Position numbers and translations under genes: made by a program | NCBI GenBank assembly: GCA_010015805.1 | Contig: ML978131.1 | Coordinates: forward strand, 124,001-188,000 | Source of the DNA: Rhizodiscina lignyota | Taxonomy: Eukaryota | Length of the DNA stretch: 64,000 nt | Reading direction: 5' to 3' | Notes under the pieces: generated by a model | Told to the model about the DNA's origin: nothing | The model's database searches: none | Seen by the model: the letters and a program-made list of their open reading frames with translations, nothing else | Shown here: positions 26,313 through 35,567 of the stretch, piece by piece | Layout of the letters: each line of letters opens with the position of its first letter | Position numbering within the stretch: the first letter of the stretch is position 1

Positions 26313-27836
26313 TTAGACCTGCTCTCCATTTTCACCGTTTTCACCGTTTTCACCGTTTTCTCCACTTTCTCCATTTTCTCCATCTCGTTTTCGCTTCGAC
26401 GACTCCCTGGCGTATGCGGGCTCAATCTCCCCAGCTTTCCAGAAATACTGCGCTCCGGGGTGGGTGTCCGACAGCCGATTCATTCCCTTGATACCCAGAT
26501 AGTTTTCTCTCAGTGTCCCTCCCGGGACAGCATAATCATCCCAGAACAAGCCTCTCCGTCTCAACTCTGGAAGCAGTAACCTGATAATGTCACGGAACGT
26601 CTCCGGGATTGATGCGTAGCTCAAGTTGAATCCGTCGACGCCAGAAACCTCAGCCCACTCTTCAAGAAGGTCTGCCACGGTCGTCGGACTGCCTATCAAC
26701 TTGGCGCCGTTTCCTCCAAGGACCAGCCAATCCGCAATCGTCTTCTTGTTCCACGTCAGGCCGTCCGGCGATATTGACGCCCAGTGATTCACCATGCTCC
26801 GCACTGCTGGTGGCGCTTTGTCGCTGAACCTGAAGTCTTCGTCATCGGAATACGTGCTCAGGTCGTATCCAGACCATCCGCCGAATAACGCAAGGGCGCC
26901 TTCTCGATCTCCGTACGAGGCCAATTCGTCATACTTCTTTTGTGCAGCTTCGTCGGTTTCAGCCACAACGACTAATAATCCAGTTACGATCTTGATACTA
27001 TCCGGGTCTCTTCCAGCCTCTGCTGCTTGCTTCCGTATGCTGTCGACAGAGGGGCGCACAAGCTCCGCAGTGTGTGCGTTGAGAAAGATCGCTTCGGCGT
27101 GGGTTGCGGCAAATGCGCGGCCTGCCGATGATGTTCCTGCCTGAAAGAGGAAAGGAGTGCGCTGTCTCGAAGGCTCGCAGAGATGCGGTCCCGGAACTTT
27201 GAAGTACTTTCCCTCGTGATTGATTTGTCTCACGCCTTCTGGATCCGCATAGGCCCCTCGTTTGTTCCCGGGCCGAAGTACTGCATCATCTCTCCACGAG
27301 CCTTCCCAGAGCTTGTAGGCCACTTGCATGTACTCGTGCGCCATACGGTAGCGCTCATCGTGCTCGATTTGCGTGTTCAGCGAGAAGTTCCTTGCTGCGG
27401 AATCGAGATATGACGTGACGATATTCCAGGCAACTCTCCCATTGCTAAGGTGGTCCACAGTTGAGAATCTTCTCGCAAGCGCATAAGGAGACTCGTATGT
27501 AGTTGAGGCGGTAACACCGAAGCCAATGCTTTCCGTAGCGGCTGCCATTGCCGGGATTGTGTATAGAGGATCGTTAATCGGGAATTGTATGCCGGCAGGT
27601 ATTGTCGGCGTGAGATTGGCAGGGCCCTTATAGACATCATAGCCGCCGAGGACGTCCGCGAAGAAGATTGCATGGAATTTCGCTTCCTCCAGCTCTTTTG
27701 CGATTGAGATCCAATGGTTGATGTCATTGTACTTGCGGCCTTCGTCTGCAGGATATTTGAACAGTCCAGGGTTCAGATGACCAGGTGCCTGCATGGCGAA
27801 GGCATTGATGATGAATTGCTTTTTAGGCTTTGCCAT
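26313..27836 (-). CDS. Luciferase-like FMNH2-dependent monooxygenase, DszA/NtaA/SnaA family (paralog 2), intronless
   Basis: Same family motifs as paralog 1: FFADVLGGYDVY, RRFSTVDHLSNGRVAWNIVTSY, EPSRQRTPFLFQAGTS, LLPELRRRGLFWDDY. Confidence 0.92.
   Translation of the reverse strand: MAKPKKQFIINAFAMQAPGHLNPGLFKYPADEGRKYNDINHWISIAKELEEAKFHAIFFADVLGGYDVYKGPANLTPTIPAGIQFPINDPLYTIPAMAAATESIGFGVTASTTYESPYALARRFSTVDHLSNGRVAWNIVTSYLDSAARNFSLNTQIEHDERYRMAHEYMQVAYKLWEGSWRDDAVLRPGNKRGAYADPEGVRQINHEGKYFKVPGPHLCEPSRQRTPFLFQAGTSSAGRAFAATHAEAIFLNAHTAELVRPSVDSIRKQAAEAGRDPDSIKIVTGLLVVVAETDEAAQKKYDELASYGDREGALALFGGWSGYDLSTYSDDEDFRFSDKAPPAVRSMVNHWASISPDGLTWNKKTIADWLVLGGNGAKLIGSPTTVADLLEEWAEVSGVDGFNLSYASIPETFRDIIRLLLPELRRRGLFWDDYAVPGGTLRENYLGIKGMNRLSDTHPGAQYFWKAGEIEPAYARESSKRKRDGENGESGENGENGENGENGEQV
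26322..26383 (-). repeat. 9-bp tandem repeat encoding (GEN)n at the C-terminus of DszA paralog 2
   Basis: TTTTCACCG/TTTTCTCCA units on the + strand; protein DGENGESGENGENGENGENGEQV*. Confidence 0.85.
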
Positions 27837-28163
27837 CACGAAGTCGATTGGACCAATGAGAGGTGCAATTGAAAGGTGGATATGTCTAGATAAAATCTAG
27901 AAAGGAAGTTGGAAAGGGCAGGTCGGTGTGAAATGGGATTGCGTGTTGAGTACGCAACGAAGTATCTTAAGAGAGGTGTCTTTGTAAGAGAATTAATTGA
28001 GCAAGAGAAAAATATGAAGAGCGAGAAAATATACAAGGTACTATGCTTCATGTGATGTAGCGTAACACCTGCAGACCACTTGACATATTTAGGTATGCCC
28101 GCGGTGCTGTGTTGGAGGTTTCGGCCGACCTCGGGAGGTTCACCACTCACCATCGCGCTCGTC

Positions 28164-28174
28164 GATGGCGCAAT
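28164..28174. promoter_or_regulatory. CYS-3/MetR-like bZIP site upstream of DszA paralog 2
   Basis: GATGGCGCAAT resembles the ATGRYRYCAT-type palindrome of the sulfur regulator; related sites at 20807, 22848 and 23010. Confidence 0.4.
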
Positions 28175-28375
28175 AGTGGATGCCAGGTACGGAATAAAGA
28201 TCCGCGACAACTATAAATCACTAATAGGATATGTGGATTCACTCTTGGTACTACGCCTTCTCAACAAATAACAGCGATATTTTGCAGTAAGCGGCACTGT
28301 AAGTTCAGAAGCCCATGTCAAGGTGAACATGAAGAGGGGTGTCTTTAAGCCTCCAGTTATTAGTTACTATATTAG

Positions 28376-29476
28376 TTAATAGCATGCTTTAGTAATCCAC
28401 TGCAACATCGTTACATCCTTCTCATCTCTGCGCCCCTCGACGAAAGCCCAATCCTCCAAGACCTTGAAGCAATGATGCATATGCTGAGAGTGGACGTCAA
28501 TTGTGCATACATGTTCCCCGGACTCTTTAGCATTGAAATATCTTCGCATCGCTCTAACACAATGAGCTCGGTGGAACAGCATGTCAACCGGTGCAAAGGC
28601 TGTCTTCGACTCCAGCCAACCAGGGCTAAAGTGGAGGTTTCCGGCCACCACGCTATTCACTTCCGGATATCGGTTTTGAACCCATTCTTGATATCGCTGC
28701 TCTTCCTCTGTAACCAGAGCAGAGGGCACAAACGACTGGTCATCCAGCCGGACGATCCAACTCTCTGAATTGCCCTCTAAGTTCTCAACAAACCAATCCG
28801 TGACATTCTCTGTTGTCAATTTCGCATAGTTCTGCGGCCCCACGCTTCCAATCGGCTGACCATGATTACAGCGCTCGCAGGACAATAGTATTCGACTGTA
28901 CCAAGCCAAGAATAGCAGGCCTAAGCCGACCAACGATGCCACTGCAGCGCACGTAACGGGGGATGCCATGAGATATTTCAAAGATTTCCGTCCACGAATG
29001 CGCTCTATTGGATTCCGTGCGTGGAGATTGTCGTTTTCCTCGTCTTCGGTACTTTCACCATCATATTCTTCTCCCTTTTCGAAGCTCACCTCCGCCAGTG
29101 GACTTGGTTTCGACTTTGCATCGACTGTGCTTATCCTCAGATGATAGAATTGTTCGCGGTAAGGGGTCGCTTGGTCATCTATCGTATCTGAATATACTAT
29201 CGAGAGTGTTCGAGGACTGAAACGAGTTGCTTCCGAGAGGAATCGCCGGGATTGGAATAACGCGCCATCAAAAGAAGTTGATGGTATCTTGTGTGTAGGA
29301 GTCTGCCAGAGAACGTGGAGAGATTTATCCGCGGTTTCATCGACAGCAAAGGCTATCTGACATGCTCCGTAGGTCGAACGACACTTTTTAAGAGCCGCTT
29401 GAAGTTCTAATCGCTGACGTGTTGACGTATCAGGATACAAAATGAAAACTGACAAAGAGATATCAGAGCAATTCAT
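28376..29476 (-). CDS. DUF3328/UstYa-like HxxHC oxidase #1 with a long N-terminal extension
   Basis: One TM helix (AAVASLVGLGLLFLAWY) and two motifs, FHRAHC and QHMHHC; C-terminal Cys. Confidence 0.75.
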   Translation of the reverse strand: MNCSDISLSVFILYPDTSTRQRLELQAALKKCRSTYGACQIAFAVDETADKSLHVLWQTPTHKIPSTSFDGALFQSRRFLSEATRFSPRTLSIVYSDTIDDQATPYREQFYHLRISTVDAKSKPSPLAEVSFEKGEEYDGESTEDEENDNLHARNPIERIRGRKSLKYLMASPVTCAAVASLVGLGLLFLAWYSRILLSCERCNHGQPIGSVGPQNYAKLTTENVTDWFVENLEGNSESWIVRLDDQSFVPSALVTEEEQRYQEWVQNRYPEVNSVVAGNLHFSPGWLESKTAFAPVDMLFHRAHCVRAMRRYFNAKESGEHVCTIDVHSQHMHHCFKVLEDWAFVEGRRDEKDVTMLQWITKACY

Positions 29477-29934
29477 TGCGAAGTGGAAAATTTAGCTTTG
29501 TGTGTGAGTTGTGAGGGATAAACTCGAATAGCCAGAGCTAAGAGTCAAGACGCAGTCAACCAGCAGTCAATGTGGGAGTGATTTTCAAGAAATCAACAGT
29601 GCCGATGGCTGGGACGGTTCCTTGTATGGCCTCAGTACGGAGCACCCTCGCTGATACCCTTGTCAAGCTGACGCTCAAAACTCCCCTGTAAACAGGCTGC
29701 GTACGTTTTACCTTTGAGAGGCGCTCCACCCGGATCTGTAAATACCCCAGCATTCTCACGTAACTTATTTTTGCTATCGGCGCTCCTTGACGTTTGTTCA
29801 GTATTTCCTGTTTTCAAGCCCCTAAATGCTCCCTTCCAGACTTCCAAGCAGGGGCTATTGAATTATACACTTTGTTCGATTCACACAGCTCAGTGCGCAA
29901 TTCATATTTCTAAATTAGACGTTCATCGACGGGT

Positions 29935-31063
29935 ATGACCACGATGTGGATCGGCTGGAGAAAGTCCTCGGATGCTACGCTTTTGTACTCTTCGTTGCCG
30001 ACTGGAGAAGGCGACGTTAGCGAGAAAGCCAAAACTCTCTCCGAAGACGACTCGAACAATGGGAATGGAGCACATAGCCGCGACTACGTACGAGTAACCG
30101 ACCGACGGGCCCTCTTGCCTTGGCTGCTTTGCTGCGTATTGCTTGCTCTATTGGCTTGGGAGACACTGAAGGAGAAGAGATGTGAGACTCCTGCCTGGCG
30201 CGGAACGGACTTTGGTAAGTTTAGGAAGCGAATACCATGCCGATCAGCACAATGCTAAAAGGTTCCTCAGTGCCTGCCCGGAACGCCATCAGAACGAAAG
30301 AGATCAAGTTCAAAAGCGGCCTCAAGTTCATCGACAACGAAACAATGATAAGAACTTTCGACCCTCATGATCCTGTTTATGTCGGCACACCGAACGAAGA
30401 AATCGATCGCAATTGGGCTAATATTGCCCTCCGTAAGCATTAATCGAAACATCGAGCAAGCCTTCAATTCGGCTAACCGAAACATAGCGCAAGAGTTTTG
30501 GATCACAAGAGAAGAAGCTGCAGGATTACCGTATTCCGACCTCTACCTGATTGAAGAGTATGGCCTTTACCAAATAGAGTGAGCTTTACCCGATTGCGAT
30601 ATAGGGTAGCCTCCAACTGTTAACATCCTGCAGAATCGAATCGTTTCACTCTCTGCATTGTTTGGTAGGTGGATGTCCCCGGCTTCTTGTTCTAGAGCTG
30701 ACCACTGGAGAACTTAATTCGAAAGTATATTTACCGAGATCACTATCCAGGGCTTGTCACTCCAAATTTTGAAGCTCATATTGGTATGCCTTCTGCCGCG
30801 CTGTCTCTGTCGATCCAATGTTCTAACCACAAGCCGTAGAACATTGTATTGAGGCGTTAAGAAGCTTCATCATGTGCACTGGAGATATGACCCCAATACC
30901 AATGCCGTGGTCAGACGAAAAGCAATTAATGGTTCCCGACTTTGAAGTTACGCATACTTGTCGGGACTGGGAAGCTTTGCGGGAATGGGCTGCATCGCGT
31001 GATGCGAACCATAATGGTATAAGACAGGCAAACGCTCGCAGACTCTCTTCGCTACAAACATAG
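29935..31063 (+). CDS. DUF3328/UstYa-like oxidase #2 (canonical type); ~6 exons
   Basis: TM helix, GTDF|, YVGTPNEEIDRNW, SFHSLHCL|NLIRKYIY, HI|EHCIEALRSFIMCTGDMTPIP, PDFEVTHTCRDWEAL. Confidence 0.9.
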
Positions 31064-31244
31064 CCTCACAAAGAAGATAATCATGCAGTGTGGGGAAATC
31101 GCCTTACAGGACTGGATGATTATCGAAGCAAAGCCAAGGTATTCGAGCCAACTCCAAGAGCGTATGGACGTAGAATTGAAATAGCAGTAGTCAGAAATGT
31201 GCAGATAGGAATCTCTTTACGCTACAGCCACTTTCAACATGCAG

Positions 31245-31891
31245 CTAATCAAAATCTATACATGCGTTGAACTTCCTCTCCAATCTGGTGAAATTCCTTG
31301 GGTTGCTCAGCATATCCAGCATGATCTCTGCACAGTGTTCTGTATGCCGATGGCTGTACGCGTCATTATCCAGAATGTCTCCATCTGTGATAGCCCATAG
31401 CTGCCTTTTCCATAGATACATGCAGTGACTGGTATGATAATCAGGTGTTGTGAAGACGACCTTATACTCTCCATGCTCTATTAGCTCCCTTGACACTGCT
31501 TGGGTGAGCTCAGAGTCCTTGAAGAAAGTCCAGTTCCCTTGATTCATGTAATATCTCGACAGCCTCTGTGTCCTTTCAGGGAAACATTGTGGTTGCATCC
31601 ACGCTATTCTGGCCTTAGATGTGTGTCATAACATAACAAATGACTGGGGCTCTCACCTCCCATCATGGGATCGAATAAGCATCCATTGATTTGAGCCTCT
31701 TCTGCAGAAGAGCCACACGTTTGGAGATGCAGCCGACGACCGTTGTGCGTGCCATCAAACAGCTTTGGCCACCAGATAAGGGAGCATACAATTGTGCCCG
31801 AGGCAATACCAAGAAAGAAAAGTGAGAATAATAAAGCCCGAGATTTCAAGCGAGTTTGAGACATGGAAGCGATAAGAATATTCCTGCGCAT
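31245..31891 (-). CDS. DUF3328-like HxxHC oxidase #3 (CGSS.EEA..GC.FD subtype); one intron
   Basis: TM helix, CGSSAEEAQINGCLFDPMMG|AWMQPQC, YHTSHCMYLWKR, RHTEHCAE. Confidence 0.8.
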
Positions 31892-32249
31892 GTAGCAATG
31901 ATGGTTGCCGTCACTCTAGTGGCAGGATCAGGTGTCGTGGTATTACATATACGTTTGTCCGGGTAGTCAATGATGGTCACTATGAAGCTAAAGCGTTATT
32001 CACCACCCTAGATTAGGAGATGGACTATTTGTCAAGATTTGCTTTTACCGATCCCTACCTACTCCGGAACCGTTAATCACCGAGATGAGCTAAGATTTAT
32101 TTATGATTGCGTTTCGTTATCATTGCCTCCAGCTCGTTTCCAGCTAAGACAGATACGAGTCATACATCTGGAATCACAGACATAACTATTGAGCATAAGT
32201 GTGAATTGGTAGTACCTCCCGCTACGCCTAATTGTGCTTATGTCGAGAG

Positions 32250-32256
32250 TATAAAG
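32250..32256 (+). promoter_or_regulatory. TATA box upstream of the small precursor gene
   Basis: TATAAAG lies 159 nt upstream of ATG 32409, which has a good AAAATG context. Confidence 0.45.
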
Positions 32257-32408
32257 ATGTCCACGTCCTCTCTGAGAGAACATACATTAAAATTCGTCCT
32301 TCACTGTCATCACTGCCTCGCCACTTCACAAAGTTGAATCAATCCGTAAGCCCTAATCATCCTCGTAGACACGAGTTGAATTCTGATTACACCTTAGTCC
32401 AGACCAAA

Positions 32409-32579
32409 ATGCGCTTTACAAGCCTCCTCAGTCTTGTCGCGATCGCGATCACCTCGGTGTCCGCTCTGCCGGTGGCAGATGCAGCAAAAGCGATGAAGAT
32501 GCTTCACGTTCGAGATGCCGACGCCACTGCTGCCGCCAAAGCTGAGCCATATCTGATTTGCGTCAATTGTAGCTACTAG
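32409..32579 (+). CDS. 56-aa secreted prepropeptide, candidate RiPP precursor (predicted core YLICVNCSY)
   Basis: Signal peptide MRFTSLLSLVAIAITSVSA|LP, pro-region ending VR, then DA-DA-TA-AA-KA-EP and C-terminal YLICVNCSY*. It sits among five HxxHC oxidases and a tyrosinase. Confidence 0.75.
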   Translation: MRFTSLLSLVAIAITSVSALPVADAAKAMKMLHVRDADATAAAKAEPYLICVNCSY

Positions 32580-33402
32580 CGTATGTTTGATTTCTCCACT
32601 TTCGTCGACCACACTAACACGCTCAAGGCATCTGGAGCATCAAGAAGGGTCTAGCACGTAGACGATCAACTGGCAATCTTCAGAATTTCTGGCGAGGAAG
32701 AGGATACTTCAGCGGACCAGCCATATTACTTCTGTCACTTAGATCACTTAAATTACTCAAATTACTCAACAATTGTTGAATCTTGTCAAAGTTCACTTTT
32801 AATGCGGTGAAGTTAAGCTCAAGCCGGTACGAATTACAGGGTCAGGCATAATAACCGACCGCCGACGCGCTTAACCTGTTCAAGCCATTGTGCAAGCTAT
32901 CCGTATCCTGATCCTGATCGCGTGTCCACCACTGTCTGTAACTGATAAAATCGTTGCAACACAAGTACGATAACGCGCAATAAGATTTGGCGTGTCTTTT
33001 TACCGGTTAATAGGGAACTCTCTCACCATCTCGAGCGACATTACAGCTGCACGATCGCAAGCTAATTTCTTAATCTTTATTTTTCGCTCTACAACCGGAG
33101 ATGTAAACCAACAACAAGACTTTAATCCGGGGAAACGCTACGATAATGGAAAAGTACGCCACGCACCTTAGCACCTATCTCCTAACTAGGCTAGCGTTCT
33201 GTTTTCCCGCATCACCCTTCAACGTGTTTCTTCAGTGTGTCGGCATTACCTACGATAGAGTACGGCCGCCACGGCCGCCACGGCCGCTCCAGCCGCTTCT
33301 TTATGAAGTAGGCGAGACACATTTTGCTAGAGCATGCAGTGAGCACGAAGTAGTGAATATCGTGGTTTGATTAAAGGCGGAAACGTCTGAAGGAGAGAAC
33401 GC

Positions 33403-33485
33403 TCTGGGCACACCCCTGACAGTTGACTCCCAAGGCCTGACTCCGCTGAGTGCCCTGCTCCAATCATATTGTCAGGGGTTCCCAG
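33403..33485. repeat. Imperfect inverted repeat (hairpin) just left of the MITE
   Basis: TCTGGG..ACCCCTGACA is complementary to TGTCAGGGGT.CCCAGA. Confidence 0.5.
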
Positions 33486-33510
33486 AAGGTCCTAGTGTAC
33501 GAAGGATATA

Positions 33511-33670
33511 CAGAGGGTAACCGCGTCGGTTCGCAAGCTTGCTACCTTGAAGCCACACGCTATGCCAAAACACATTAATTTGGGCCGTATTTTTAAGCCG
33601 AAACGCTCAGGACAGCTCAAGTAGATGGCTTTCCACTAGCAGGCATGCGAACCGACGCGGTTACCTTCTG
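33511..33670. mobile_element. 160-bp MITE, Tc1/mariner-type
   Basis: TIRs TA|CAGAGGGTAACCGCGTCGGTTCGCAAGCTTGCTA ... TAGCAGGCATGCGAACCGACGCGGTTACCTTCTG|TA. The 20-bp core is a perfect inverted match (33516-33535 vs 33646-33665), with TA on both sides and no coding capacity. Confidence 0.75.
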
Positions 33671-33932
33671 TAGTATCTTACCTATCCAGGCAGTAAACGC
33701 ACAGGCGGATTTCCTCTCTTGCATCAATCCACGAGCTCGCTGTGTGCTTCCGACACAGACTTTGCCTTGTATCTATAAGCGCTAAAACTGAAGGACAGGA
33801 TTTTCACGGTCCATATTCGAGCGTGGCTGTAGACGCGGACCATCAAACGAACTCTAAGTTTATCACTTCCTAGCCGAAATTGTAATATCACAGACGTACA
33901 CCAGTCTGAAAGCCCGTAGCTCTGATTATTAA

Positions 33933-34331
33933 TCACGGCGCTGCGTCGGTGCTTGTTTCACCGCCATCCTCTACTGCTCCCTTAGCAAGCAAGCCACTTT
34001 CTTCAGAGTCATCCTGTGCATCCACTCTTTTATCAACAGATCTTCGGGAAAGAAGGAAGAACGCCCCCGAAGTTACCAAGGATATCAGGAGGACCGTAAG
34101 AGCCGCAAGGTTTTGAAGTGTGCTCAGCCCAATCGTTCGGCTCGAGCTGTTGTTTCCGAAGTTTAGGGCGTTCGTCGTGGCCAGTGGTGGAGGCGTCCCG
34201 GGAAGCGTCAGATTCTCCTTATCGTAACTTGCTGTTGCATAGGGAGTTGGGTAGGTGTCGTGTGCGTGCATGTAGTACCATGTGCCGCCAATCTCGAGCA
34301 CGCTGAGGATATCGCTTGCCGCTGTTGACAT
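33933..34331 (-). CDS. Hypothetical 132-aa single-TM protein inside the RiPP cluster
   Basis: ATG-initiated ORF with one hydrophobic helix (LAALTVLLISLVTSGAFFLL) and an acidic tail; divergent from oxidase #4. Confidence 0.45.
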   Translation of the reverse strand: MSTAASDILSVLEIGGTWYYMHAHDTYPTPYATASYDKENLTLPGTPPPLATTNALNFGNNSSSRTIGLSTLQNLAALTVLLISLVTSGAFFLLSRRSVDKRVDAQDDSEESGLLAKGAVEDGGETSTDAAP

Positions 34332-34883
34332 TGCGGTTTGTTGCCTCTTAACCTAGGGCCTAGGCCGAAGAGTATCGGAATTAATTATGAAAGACTCGGA
34401 CCAAAAATTCTAAAGACGAAGACTGAAAGACGGTTGAAATGAAAGAGCGGACAGAGTCGGTATTGAATCTCACTTCCCAGCAAGTATCGAATCATTTCGA
34501 TAAGCTAAGTGATTATTTTTGTCCTTCCACAGCTCAGAATAGGGGAGCATTTCCTCACCCTGATTTCGTATAGCCGAAATGACTGCACGCTGACAGATAC
34601 GTATGCATTAAGATCTGCCCTTGACACGGTCCACTGTCACAAGGGGGCAATTAACAGTTGACAACCTGAAAGGATTGACGTTAGTCCCGTTGATCATCAT
34701 GTGCAGTCCATGAAGCTCAGAGACACTTCGGATTGAGTAATTTGGCGACACCGTACGACTCAGCAGCTTCTTTCGTACCCTTTCCGGTAGTAACATTCTC
34801 AGTCTTAATTCTCGACCACTTGAAACTTTCTACGACACGGCCGGTTCTACAACTATAAAACACCCATCATCAGATTTGCATCC

Positions 34884-35492
34884 ATGGCCTTCTACCACCG
34901 ACTGCATCACGAGGACCAAAACTCAAGCGAAGAAGAATTGGCTCGGACATTCGTACCGCGCTCGACGAAGCCTGTTTTGACCTCAATCATTGGGATCGTT
35001 GCGGGAATCGGCACAATCATTCTGATTACCTCTGCTCTGTTCTACAGACCATGGCATCACCAAGAGATCAAGAGCTGCGGCAGCAGCCCTGAGGAAGCTG
35101 AGAGGAATGGTTGCAAGTTCGACATCATGATGAGCGCGTGGTTACCCTCTCAGTGTTCCAATCGTACCCTGTCCGAAGAATATTTAAACCAATACAATTG
35201 GCAGTGGTACGCGGATCCGCAACTCGTCGAGGTATTTTCTCTCGAGCAAATGCGAAAAGGGCAGCATCGCTTTGCTTGGACTACTCCGGATTTCCACGTC
35301 ACGCACTGTGCTTACATGCTGGAGCGAATGGTTCGGTCGATGAAAATGGACGGTGAAAAGTGGGCGGACAGCGATTCAGTCGATATCAAGCATGTGCATC
35401 ATTGCGCAGACAGCCTGTTGCAGGAACCGTATAATAAAGATGGAAATTTCACACGGGTCATGGTTGGATATCTCTCATGTGTCAAATTATAG
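34884..35492 (+). CDS. DUF3328-like HxxHC oxidase #4 (CGSS.EEA..GC.FD subtype), intronless
   Basis: TM helix, CGSSPEEAERNGCKFDIMMSAWLPSQC, FHVTHCAYMLER, KHVHHCAD; TATAAAA ~30 nt upstream. Confidence 0.85.
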   Translation: MAFYHRLHHEDQNSSEEELARTFVPRSTKPVLTSIIGIVAGIGTIILITSALFYRPWHHQEIKSCGSSPEEAERNGCKFDIMMSAWLPSQCSNRTLSEEYLNQYNWQWYADPQLVEVFSLEQMRKGQHRFAWTTPDFHVTHCAYMLERMVRSMKMDGEKWADSDSVDIKHVHHCADSLLQEPYNKDGNFTRVMVGYLSCVKL

Positions 35493-35567
35493 ATTGTGGA
35501 TTTGACAGTGGACAGGTCGTATAGTCCTAACGAGCCGAGAGGTGCTATGCGACTTCCTTACAATGCA

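Noticed and set aside
26322..26383. (GEN)n or antisense (FTV)n repeat as a repeat-type RiPP precursor
   Set aside because: It is the C-terminal tail of the monooxygenase; no signal peptide or kexin sites.
32232..32408. Upstream extension of the precursor ORF given in the ORF track (115 aa)
   Set aside because: It starts at a non-ATG codon and overlaps the TATA box; the signal peptide begins at ATG 32409.
32409..32579. Precursor as an alpha-type mating pheromone
   Set aside because: The processing logic is similar, but it has a single copy, lacks the WC...GQPC-like Pezizomycotina pattern, and lies among DUF3328-like and tyrosinase genes.
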